The notes beneath the pieces were generated by a model. The model saw only the letters and a program-made list of their open reading frames with translations. It did not search any database and was not told the origin of the DNA. From contig NW_027361677.1 in NCBI RefSeq assembly GCF_039654945.1, positions 24,118,001-24,182,000 on the forward strand: a stretch of DNA of 64,000 nucleotides, written 5' to 3'. This document shows, piece after piece, positions 1-12,700 of the stretch; the stretch's first letter is position 1; each line of letters opens with the position of its first letter. A program made the position numbers and the translations under genes. The DNA is from Dendrobates tinctorius. Lineage: Eukaryota.

Positions 1-181
1 GGGAGTTTGAATTGTAATACCAGGCCATATTGTTCTTCATCAGATAAGGCAGAGACATTTGGCAGCGGCTTTTTCCACTTTAAAAATATATGAACGCAGG
101 TCCAGTTATAAATATGGGGATGGCGGGAGAAATAACTTTCTGTCAAATAAGTGCTCAACTAATATGTGTATGTCCAGCTTA

Positions 182-679
182 GGCTGGTTTCACATTAGCG
201 CTTTTTAAGCGCACGCACGGCCGGGGGTAGCTCCGCCCCTGAGCCGGCTCTCTGCCCGGCGTGCCCGCCCCTTGCTTGTAGCGCCGCCTCCTAGCGCACA
301 GCGGCGCCTGCGATCGGCGCACCCTATCTTTAGCATAGGGTGCGCAGATCGTGCGCAGGCCGTGCGCTAGTTGCGCTTTGACCTGCGCTGCGCACTTTTG
401 ACGGTGCGCCGTGCGCGCCAAAATCCGAAAAGTTTGATTTTGGCGCGCACAGCGCACCGTCAAAAGTGCGCAGCGCAGGTCAAAGTGCAACTAGCGCACG
501 GCCTGCGCACGATCTGCGCACCCTATGCTAAAGATAGGGTGCGCCGATCGCAGGCGCCGCTGTGCGCTAGGAGGCAGCGCTACAAGCAAGGGGCGGGCAC
601 GCCGGGCAGAGAGCCGGCTCGGGGGCGGAGCTACCCCCGGCCGTGCGTGCGCTTAAAAAGCGCTAATGTGAAACCAGCC
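182..679. mobile_element. Palindromic PIF/Harbinger-type MITE (near-perfect ~500 bp hairpin) in a KARS1 intron
   Basis: Termini GGCTGGTTTCACA...TGTGAAACCAGCC with TTA on both sides (179-181, 680-682). The arms are reverse complements up to a short loop at about 426-436. Confidence 0.85.
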
Positions 680-1229
680 TTAAAGGGAATCTGTCAGCAG
701 AATCTACTCTCCTAAGCCATCCATATTGGCATGTAGGTCATAGGAAGCTGAACAAAATGATATTTTGATATAGGCGATCTGATGTTTTATTGCAGAGAAA
801 TCCACATTTTTCTTAATATGTAAATGAGCTCTTAAGATCTATGGGCTGGACATAGATCTCCCTGAGAATCTGCCTCCAGAACTTATGGTAAATGAAAGGA
901 GACAATAAAGTTAGACATGTAATGACTGACAGTCCGCTCTTCTGGTCCTTTTGGCCCATATTAATAGACCAATGCTAATACAGTATATAGCCATGATATC
1001 TGAACTATCTTGTTATAGATAGGGCATTGGGGCCCACGAATTTCAAGTTAGGCTACTGGAAGCAACAAACAAAATGTATAAAAGAGGTCACAGGTACGGG
1101 GGTAAATAATTCAGTAATAGTCTCAACAATGGTCAAATGTGATTGGTTTGTTTATGCATTGTATACAACACAGAAGTAATTGATCAAAGATGAAGGTGTA
1201 TACTGGCCAATAATATACTATAATGTTAG

Positions 1230-1860
1230 CGGATAAAAGGATGTCTAAGGGGTAACGGCTCTCCTTGTGTAGCAGGTCAAGCTGGCATAAGGAGACTTAT
1301 AGGCCATGCAATGTTGCTCTGGGAAATTATATATGCAAATGGTCTCTTTGACGAGGAAGAGGATTTGAACTATAGTGACTCCTAATGGAAGTAACCAACC
1401 TAAAAGTCAATATCAATCCTTTAACAAGCCTTGCCACATGACTTAGTGTCTGGCTTTGGTTGTATCCTATTTGCAGACAAGTGTTTCAGGGTGTTTTCCC
1501 CTCCTTAGTGCAAAGCAAGAGATTTGGATGGATGAGAAGCTTCTGGTAGGATTTTATGTGTTAATGTCTCTCCTTGTGGAGAGTGCCAAGTTGGTGTAGG
1601 GTCTTACACGACTTGTCACTCATCACAATGAGAAACGTTACTCGTTATAGTCTCTTCAGAGGACTCTCATCCAGCCAACTAATATCTTCCTTTGCACTGA
1701 AGAGGGGCAAACACCCCAAAACATGTGTCTGTAAATAGTCTCTGGTTAGACTTGTATCCTGTGGCAAGGCTTGTTAAAGGGTCGATATTGACTTTTAGAG
1801 GTAATATGTCTAATAGAAGGCAATAGAGTTTAAGTCCTCTACCTAAGTTAAGTGGACGCA
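1230..1860. mobile_element. Degenerate Penelope-like/retrozyme-type fragments in inverted arrangement, with two decayed hammerhead motifs
   Basis: About 1400-1440 is the reverse complement of about 1760-1800. Hammerhead-like motifs lie at 1470-1514 (-) and 1691-1735 (+). Confidence 0.55.
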
Positions 1861-2112
1861 CATGTTTTTACATTAGCACTCCACTTCTAGTGTATGTGAG
1901 AAATGTCGCGTCACATCATGTAGCAGCTACGGGTAGGAAACAGTCTACAGACACTGAGCGTCTCTGCGCTTCTCATGGCAATAAGCATGCAAACAGAAAC
2001 TGGCCAGATGGGAATGATCATGTACCAGGCAGCCTACAATCAAGGCAGACGACAGGGCATTAGGATCTTGCATAGATCTTCCTGTAGAAGTTCTCGGGTA
2101 AAGGAAAATAAG

Positions 2113-2390
2113 GACATGTACGAGAGAGAGACAGATGAAAAGAGAGAAAGAGAGATAATGAGGAAGACAGAGCGAGAGAGAGATAAGGAGATAGAGATGG
2201 TTAAAGAGAGAGAGAGAGGTAGATAAAGATATATAGATAATAGATATATAGATAGATAATAGAAGATAGATAATAGATAAATAATAGATGATAGACATTA
2301 AATAGACAATAGATGATAGATAAAGAAAGACAGAATGAGAGCTACAGAGAGAAAGAGATACATAGAGAGTGATATAGAGATGGAGAGAGA
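2113..2390. repeat. (GA)n/(GATA)n low-complexity microsatellite
   Basis: Runs of gagaga and gatagata. Confidence 0.9.
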
Positions 2391-3433
2391 CCATTGTACA
2401 GCACTTCAGTTCCCTATTGACTTCTATGGGGTTCAGATTCAAGTTCGGTAGAGTTCTGGTACAGGAACTGCACTTTGGACTAAAGTTCGGTTGAATCTGA
2501 TGACCCCGAGCATCCAAGGGTCCGCTCATTCCTACACACAATCCAATGATCCTTTGACTCCCCTTCATGTCCTGACATTTCTCCATACGGAGGGCAGGTC
2601 TAGTCCATATAGACGGTCATCACTTTTCCCACTATTATCCTTTATATCATGTCGCTTAGACCTGCCATAAAAGTGTTCCTAGATCCTAAGAGTGAGGGGT
2701 CAGGGGTTATAGGATAAACCAAGGGCCCTCAATTGGCTCCTTCCGTATTCTCAAGGGAGGGTGACAGCCTTTGCCTGCCCAATTTTCCATTGAGCCCTTG
2801 ACATTTTTTCTACCCCTCCCATTAAACGTATATACAATTACATTACAACAAGGAAGACCTAAGAATGACAGATACTTGTAGATGTTACAAAAAGGAAAGT
2901 CATTTGTGTAACCCAATAACAAGTAATTAATTGAATGAGACAGGGAACATATATGAGATGTGTTACCTTAGATGCAGGCGTCATCCGCTCTTATAAGGAT
3001 GCATGTTTCCACCTCTGCACAGCGCTGTATACACTGCATGACGGGCACGGTGTACAGCAGGAGATGGCGGTGCTGATGCTGTGCATGCGGCCAGATCACC
3101 TGTGTGACTATGTATGGCAGCGTGTGACAGGGGCGGTAACAGAGGGACAGATGGGGCTCATGAGGCCTCCTGGACACAAGCCATGTTGTCCCTCTTACGC
3201 CTTGTGACCATTCCTCATGTGACGCCATGATGTCATGGAGCTGAGGATGTCGGGTGCACAAGTGGAGACCGAGGACCGGAATAAGGCAGCACAAATTAAA
3301 TTTCTCTTTTCTAATATTTACCTTTTTTAGTTTGCTTGCAAATCTTATAATTCTTAATATAAAATTGTGAAAAGAGGATATTTTGTTTCACCCCTTTTAC
3401 TGGGTCATTAGTCCACTACCTTTCTGATTGCAG

Positions 3434-4721
<1,288 letters not shown>

Positions 4722-4817
4722 CTTTTTGAGATCTGTCTTCTTTTAAATTGTTTGATACGTGTTTGTCAGGGGCTCTGTCTACACCTCGTCACAGCTCTGT
4801 GCTGCTTTATACCGAAA

Positions 4818-4823
4818 AATAAA
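4818..4823 (+). terminator. Putative KARS1 polyadenylation signal AATAAA
   Basis: AATAAA about 100 nt after the stop codon, followed by a GT-rich tract. Confidence 0.7.
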
Positions 4824-4967
4824 TTATATAAACTGTGTTCTTGGCGTGTAGAGTGTTAATATACGGTGGTAGCCGTGGTATGATTCCAGTGCCGAAGGCG
4901 GTTACAATGGTCCTGAGCTTTCATGGCCGCTCTTCATACATCGTCATGCTCAGATTCCAGTTCTTGT

Positions 4968-5200
4968 ATATAAAAATTTGGACACGTCTGTTCATACAGT
5001 GAGATAAGGTGCACATTGTAGATTCAGACGGAAGGCGGCAAAACCACGAAGGAAGGAACACATATGGAAACGAGAAGGACCAAACCTTGTTACACCTTAG
5101 GTTCCTCACAGTACCCCCTTTTACTCTGATGACCGCTTTACACCCCCTTGGCATTCTCTCCAGCAGCTTCATTAGGTGGTCACCTGGAATGGCTTCCAAT
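4968..5200 (-). mobile_element. Decayed Tc1/mariner 3' remnant
   Basis: The minus-strand translation AIPGDHLMKLLERMPRGCKAVIRVKGG resembles a Tc1 transposase C-terminus, followed by a TIR-like gtgtccaaattttt end. Confidence 0.65.
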
Positions 5201-6155
5201 GAACAGGTCGCCTCCTTGACAGCTCGTTTGTGAGTCTTCTGAAGGTATTTGTAACCATCAGGTGTATCTTGCAGAGGTGACATTGGTACTCCACTCCATT
5301 CTGTGCCCTAGCCAAAAAAAAACGGCAAGAACCTCACAATAGGCTCCTCTGATGAAGGACTCGAAACTCGTATTTCATATTCGTCTCTTTGCATTAGACA
5401 CAAAAGAATTTGCAGCACTCGCACGGCTTCTTATTTTTTTATTTTTAATTTCAGAGATGTTAGAGTTTTATAGAGAATTTTGTTTTTCTTTTCCTAAATA
5501 TTCAATGAGTACGTGTGTGCTGTATGGGAGATTTTAGTGCAAAATAAGGCAAATAAAGACTGCAGCTGATAAATCTGGCCTATAATATGCAAGGCCACGT
5601 TCCCACAGCAAAGTTTTTTTTTAATGTGGAAAATCCACTGCATTTAACAGTTTGAGCAAAGTGGATGCAATTCTGAAGACTCCTGCCCGCTGCGCCTTTA
5701 TAGTTGCATGTGGACTGCGCGTTTTTATTTTCCCTATTAGCTTCTGTAGGGACCCTTGGAAAAAAAGAGCACTATTAAAAATGCTTTAAATTCTGCACCC
5801 AAAAGCAGCAATAAACACTGCAAAAAGAGACTATAGTAGGACAAACTGCCAAATGTTTAATTCAAATGATTTTTTTTTCCCCCCATTTTGACACTTTATG
5901 ATATTTGTCTCCATGTGCTAAATGCTGGGTTAGTGATCACATTCTGTGGCAGAGTAGCGGAGTCTCAGTCCACAGGTCTATCTTCTCTATTAATGACTTG
6001 TCCACCACTGTGGCTGTCTACTCATTTATATTACCTATGTGTAACGAAGGTGTTTTCCTTTTATACTACCCTCTATGTGATTTGTAGAACTACAGATTAA
6101 AAGTTATTTTACTCTTCTCACCTTACTATATCCAACTGGCCAACTGTTTCTAGAA

Positions 6156-6754
6156 CAGACCTGGGCAAAGTGCGGCCCGCGGACCAAGACAGCCATGGGG
6201 CTGGAAACCAGAGGTCCGTTGGCTGTCTCTGTTGTCTCCCTAGGGCACAGTCAGCAATGGTGGAGGAGGAGCCTTTGGCCACTTCCACCAATCAGCGTGT
6301 GAAACAGCTGACGCGATGACGTCATCTCATAGTCAGCTATGTACCGCCGTAGAGTCCGCGTACAGGAGACAGAGAGAAGAGCAGATCGCCAAGGAACGGG
6401 ACCAAGGTGAGTATGTGGTGGTCTTTTTTTTTTAATGAACATGGTTAGTCTATGGGTGTGGCAGACAGCACATGGGGAGGCTATGGAGGTGACATGTAGC
6501 ATGTGGGGAGGCTATGTTGGGCTCATGCTGTATATAAGGGCCTGTGGGAGGCTCATACTATATACAGAAGGGGCTGTACTTGGGTTCAAAGATATATAGG
6601 GGGGTGTCAGCATACTTAATTCTGCTCAATATTAAGTGATACAATTAATAAGAAATTAATATTGAGTAGAATTAATTTCAAGCTATTGGTTTGGCCTCCA
6701 TAACAGTCATGGTCTCTCATGTGGCCCCTCGGGAAAATTAGTTGCCCAGCCCTG
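6156..6754. mobile_element. Non-autonomous hAT (Charlie-like) element
   Basis: TIRs CAGACCTGGGCAA / TTGCCCAGCCCTG. 8-bp TSD TTCTAGAA (6148-6155) / ATCTAGAA (6755-6762), matching the NTCTAGAN target typical of Charlie. Confidence 0.8.
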
Positions 6755-6879
6755 ATCTAGAACATGTGAGTTTTGGGAATCGGATGTTGATCAGGGCCGC
6801 TGGACTTTTGTTTCTTTTGGTGTCGTCCTCTGCTATATTTTTTTTTTTTAGCCAAAATACCCCTCTAAAGGCTGCAAAT

Positions 6880-9410
6880 CCTGATTACTCGGGGGGTGGG
6901 ATCCAGCAGCCTGATTACTAGGGGGTGGGATCCATCGGCCTGATTACTCGGGGAGTGGGAGCCATCGGCCTGTTTACTAGGGGGTGGAGTCCATCGGCCT
7001 GATTACTCGGGGGGGTGGGATCCAGCAGCCTGATTACTAGAGGGTGGGAGCCATCGGCCTGATTACTAGGGGGTGGAGCCCTTCGGCCTGATTACTCGGG
7101 GGGTGGGATCCAGCGGCTTGATTACTCGGGGGTGTAGTCCATCGGCCTGATTACTCGGGGGTGCCTGGAGCCATCGGCCTGATTACTCGGGGGTGCCTGG
7201 AGCCATCGGCCTGATTACTCGGGGGTGCCTGGAGCCATCGGCCTGAATACTCGGGGGGTGGGAACCATCGGCCTGATTACTCAGGGGGTGGGAACCATCG
7301 GCCTGATTACTAGGGGGTGGGAACCATCGGCCTGATTACTCGGGGGTGGAGCCCATCGACCTGATTACTCGGTGGGTGGGAGCCATCGGCCTGATTACTA
7401 GGGGGTGTAGTCCATCGGCCTGATTACTCGGGGGGTGGGAGCCATCAGCCTGATTACTCGGGGGGTGGGAGCCATCAGCCTGATTACTCGGGGGTGGGAA
7501 CCATCGGCCTGATTACTCGGGGGTGGAGCCCATCGACCTGATTACTCGGTGGGAGCCATCGGCCTGATTACTCGGGGGTGGAGTCCATGGGCCTGATTAC
7601 TAGGGGGTGGAGTCCATGGGCCTGATTACTCGGGGGTGCCTGGAGCCATCAGCCTGATTACTCGGGGGTGGGAGCCATCGGCCTGATTACTCAGTGGGTG
7701 GGAGCCATCGGCCTGATTACTAGGGGGGTGGGAACCATCGGCCTGATTACTCGGGGGTGGAGCCCATCGACCTGATTACTCGGTGGGTGGGAGCCATCGG
7801 CCTGATTACTAGGGGGTGTAGTCCATCGGCCTGATTACTCGGGGGGTGGGAGCCATCGGCCTGATTACTCGGGGGGTGGGAACCATCGGCCTGATTACTC
7901 GGGGGTGGAGCCCATCGACCTGATTACTCGGTGGGAGCCATCGGCCTGATTACTCGGGGGTGGAGTCCATCGGCCTGATTACTAGGGGGTGTAGTCCATG
8001 GGCCTGATTACTCGGGGGTGCCTGGAGCCATCGGCCTGATTACTCGGGGGTGGGAGCCATCGGCCTGATTACTCGGGGGGGTGGGAGCCATCGGCCTGAT
8101 TACTCGGGGGGGTGGGAGCCATCGGCCTGATTACTCGGGGGGGTGGGAGCCATCGGCCTGATTACTCGGTGGGTGGGAGCCATCGGCCTGATTACTAGGG
8201 GGGTGGGAGCCATCGGCCTGATTACTCGGGTAGGAGCCATCGGCCTGATTACTCGGGGGGTGGGAGCCATCGGCCTGATTACTCGGGGGGTGGGAACCAT
8301 CGGCCTGATTACTCGGGGGTGGAGCCCATCGACCAGATTACTCGGTGGGTGGGAGCCATCGGCCTGATTACTAGGGGGTGTAGTCCATCGGCCTGATTAC
8401 TCGGGGGGTGGGAGCCATCGGCCTGATTACTCGGGGGGGTGGGAACCATCGGCCTGATTACTCGGGGGTGGAGCCCATCGGCCTGATTACTCGGTGGGAG
8501 CCATCGGCCTGATTACTCGTGGGTGGAGTCCATCGGCCTGATTACTAGGGGGTGTAGTCCATGGGCCTGATTACTCGGGGGTGCCTGGAGCCATCGGCCT
8601 GATTACTCGGTGAGTGGGAGCCATCGGCCTGATTACTCGGGGGGTGGGAGCCATCGGCCTGATTACTCGGGGGGTGGGAACCATCGGCCTGATTACTCGG
8701 GGGTGGAGCCCATCGACCTGATTACTCGGTGGGAGCCATCGGCCTGATTACTCGGGGGTGGAGTCCATCGGCCTGATTACTAGGGGGTGTAGTCCATGGG
8801 CCTGATTACTCGGGGGTGGGAGCCATTGGCCTGATTACTCGGTGGGTGGGAGCCATCGGCCTGATTACTAGGGGGTGTAGTCCATGGGCCTGATTACTCG
8901 AGGGGTGGGAGCCCATCGACCTGATTACTCGGTGGGAGCCATCGGCCTGATTACTCGGGGGTGAAGTCCATCGGCCTGATTACTAGGGGATGTAGTCCAT
9001 GGGCCTGATTACTCGGGGGTGCCTGGAGCCATCGGCCTGATTACTCGGGGGTGGGAGCCATTGGCCTGATTACTCGGGGGGTGGGAGCCATCGGCCTGAT
9101 TACTCGGGGGTGGAGCCCATCGACCTGATTACTCGGTGGGAGCCACTGGCCTGATTACTCGGGGGTGGAGTCCATCGGCCTGATTACTAGGGGGTGTAGT
9201 CCATGGGCCTGATTACTCGGGGGTGCCTGGAGCCATCGGCCTGATTACTCGGGGGTGGGAGCCATCGGCCTGATTACTCGGCGGGTGGGAGCCATCGGCC
9301 TGATTACTCGGGGGGTGGAGCCCACTGGCCTGATTACTCGGGGGTGGAGCCCATCGGCCTGATTACTCGGGGGGTGGAGCCCACTGGCCTGATTACTCGG
9401 GGGTGGAGTC
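6880..9410. repeat. ~29-30 bp G-rich minisatellite (GGCCTGATTACTCGGGGGTGGGAGCCATC)n, ~85 copies
   Basis: Direct tandem array between the KARS1 3' end and the ADAT1 promoter. Confidence 0.97.
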
Positions 9411-9646
9411 TTTACTCTGAGTCCAGATTTAATTGGCAGCATAAATGATTTAGGATCCAGTTTCTCCCCATAGATTAATGAGAAATCTCATTCCCGGTAG
9501 CCTGCAGTGATCAGGGCATCCTGGGAGTGGTAATTCTGTGTCCCCTCTCCCCTGGTCGGAGTCCCTTCCCCTCCTGCATTTATCCTCAGTCTGTAGATCC
9601 CGTTAAGCCCGCTTTGCTCTCAGTCTCCAGCTCAGCAGTGCACTGT

Positions 9647-9744
9647 GTGAGGGATTCTGGGTATTGTAGTCCTGCACGTAACATCGGCGTATGTGTAAGG
9701 AAACCAACCAACGGGACAAGACTACAACTCCCAGAATCCCTCAC
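9647..9744. promoter_or_regulatory. ADAT1 promoter with an inverted pair of ZNF143/Staf (ACTACA..CCCAGAATCCC) motifs
   Basis: GTGAGGGATTCTGGGTATTGTAGTC (9647-9671) and GACTACAACTCCCAGAATCCCTCAC (9720-9744) are inverted copies. A CpG-rich region follows. Confidence 0.7.
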
Positions 9745-9780
9745 GCGTGACGCCCACATTCCGGTCCGGCGCGAAGTGTG

Positions 9781-12700
9781 ATGTGAGTCTAACGTCGGAC
9801 GGAAAGAAAGGCAGAAGCCGCGGAGCCCGGTCTGTCAGGAGCAGCGGAGAGCGGCCCGTCGGCTGCGGCGCTTTTCTAGCCTCCCTGCTCAGCGGCGCGT
9901 GATGACGTCATCACTAATGGCTGCGGGGTACGGGAGCCGATGTGGCGCAGCTCCCACAGGGGGCGGCCTGACGAGTCTCCGTGACAGCCAGGCTGCCGGT
10001 ATCTCCCATTACCAATGTGCTCCTTGAGATTTGTGGCCATTGTGATTGCAGTTCCAGCTACATTGGTGCTGGAGAGCGGACACTGCGCCTCTTCGGGCTG
10101 TGACTGAAGATTTGGGGCAGGATCCCAACCTCAAAGCCAATGGCTCACATGAATTAAAGGGATTGTCCATCACAGGTCACGTCTGCGCCGGGGAGGTGAG
10201 CGCTGACGGACAATCCCTTTAATTGAAGCAAGTGATCTGTGATTTATCACCCGCAAGTGTGCAGCAAGCAAGTCGTCAACACTCCGGCGACTTCCGGCTG
10301 TTTGCCACTTGCTTGTTCTGTACCTTGTGGGTCACAAAGCGTCCTGGCATGCCGCACTCGCCTAAGCTAGGACTGGCTGCATGACGTGTATCGTAATGGG
10401 ATCTTCTCTCTGGTTACAGGGCGGACGCTGCAGATGAGATCGCTGCATTGTGTTATGATCATTATCGCACCAAGCTCCCTAAGCAAGGCCAACCGGACAC
10501 CAGCAAGGAATGGACCCTGATGGCGGCAGTGATACAGGTGGAGTCTGTGCCCGGCACCAAGAAAGGTGATGGTGGATCCTGGGCTGCTGAGACCTTCCGT
10601 GTAGTCCCCTCTGTCCATCAGGTGGTGTAACCCTTCCATTTCCAATGCTGCCCATGTAGTTCTCTCGCTGTCCACCAGGTGGTGTAACCTTTCCATTTAA
10701 AAAAATCAATTAAATACTCAAGGGTCTCAAAATAATAATAAATCATATAACATACCCTAAAAATAATACTTTATTAATAAAAAACCAACAAGGGTCACAC
10801 CACAAGTGAACACAGAAAAACTAGACAAAAAAAGTGTCCCAAAAATACAAAACACATAAAATTGTGGGGAATATCCTAGGAGTCCCTATTGATGTCTCCT
10901 GTTATCACCTTCCTAACCGCGGAGGTTGGCACCCCAGGGGGAACGTTGTGGCGCCCCCGCTCAACGGTGGCTGTCCCTGGGGGCCCTATTGTACCCTGGC
11001 ACCACTAGTGGAGTCCCTTCCCCAATACTAGGGGGACCCCTATCAGATAACAGAGAAAATCCTACGATGAGGGGGACCCTAGAACCCACAAAATATTGCA
11101 CATATAATAGAACACATAAATAGGCATATAGGGATACAGTACTGAATAATAGAGGATTAATGTACTATACAAAGTCCCATCTAGACTCGTGGCTCAGACA
11201 TATAAATATAACTGAGAGGATAAAATGCATCGTGACTCAGCAGCAGCAGACAATGTATATCGATCCACCTAATTGTAGCAGCATGTATATTAATTCACAA
11301 ATCTATATATATAATCAAAGATGCCACATCCTCATATATATATAAGTCACGATATGTAAAAATAGCCAAAGTCACACATTGAGCCTATATCCACAGCATT
11401 GATTCACAGATCCCATCATATTGTCAGACAATAGATAAAAAAATTTCCTCAGTGGAAAGCTCAAATGAAAGAGTTAGGGTACTCATCGTATAATCCATCG
11501 ACTGTCCCATAGCCTCAGACGCCTCAACGCGTTTCACCCCTTTGGGATCATCAGGAGGCTCGATAGCAACCTTACTAGTGTCCTGATGTGGTATAATGGC
11601 TGCACTGTCCCGATAGCCCTCCATTTAAAACTATCGCCGCAGTGTGCGCCAGCCCCGAACGCTGCGTAGGGACACACCCCCCAGCGTCTGTGCGCATGTC
11701 AGACCGGAGTGTCATTAATCACCTGATTGTCAGGGCGCTCCATCGGCACACATCCTCTCGGTGCGCATATCTGATCTCAAGACAGAGATCTCACATCAAG
11801 TCTGGCGATAACTTAACACCAATCAATCCAATGCACATACCGGCCGTGAAGGGCACATCACATTCCTAGATCGACTAACATAGGGGATGGATCATTATAT
11901 AATTTTATAGTTTCTTCCATCTCTCAAATGCGCATGTCTTTTCTACATTAGTGATCACAGACCACATAGCGCGATATCCGTAATATACAAAAAAGACGCG
12001 CATCTTGTTAGAAAATGACCCGCGTCAGATCATACAATTAACCATCAACAACACGGAGACCATGGAAGTGTCTCCTAGTGATATCAATATGTATGTTCTC
12101 TAGAGGAAGAGGTAATGTCATGCCCAGATAAAGACATTATATAAAACCATACAGGCAGATAAATGCAGACTCTCAGTTTATAAGTTCATAATGTATATAC
12201 ATACTGATGTCAATAATTCATTTCAATTATCCTGGAGACCTCAATAATTTTATTTTTAATTTTCTCCACTGTTTCATTGCATAAAAACGCACCATAAGTG
12301 AATAATCTGCATTGATCTTTTCTTATAACTACCTCGATGGTTATTAATTATGGGGTGTCCCGTCCCATGCAATATTGAGGGAAATGATATCAAACCAATC
12401 TACATGGAAAATCCATTTGAGCTTTCCACTGAGGAAATTTTTTTATCTATTGTCTGACAATATGATGGGATCTGTGAATCAATGCTGTGGATATGGGCTC
12501 AATGTGTTCTTTTGACTTTGGCTATTTTTACATATCGTGACTTATATATATATGAGGATGTGGCATCTTTGATTATATATATAGATTTGTGAATTAATAT
12601 ACATGCTGCTACAATTAGGTGGATCGATATACATTGTCTGCTGCTGCTGAGTCACGATGCATTTTATCCTCTCAGTTATATTTATATGTCTGAGCCACGA

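Noticed and set aside
179-715. Two near-identical ORFs on opposite strands
   Set aside because: Mirror translations of a palindromic MITE.
1-3433. Upstream KARS1 exons
   Set aside because: No LysRS-like coding sequence was found. The region is treated as intron.
6880-9410. CRISPR-like regular repeats (also 52385-57298)
   Set aside because: No unique spacers, no cas genes, and a vertebrate context. These are minisatellites.
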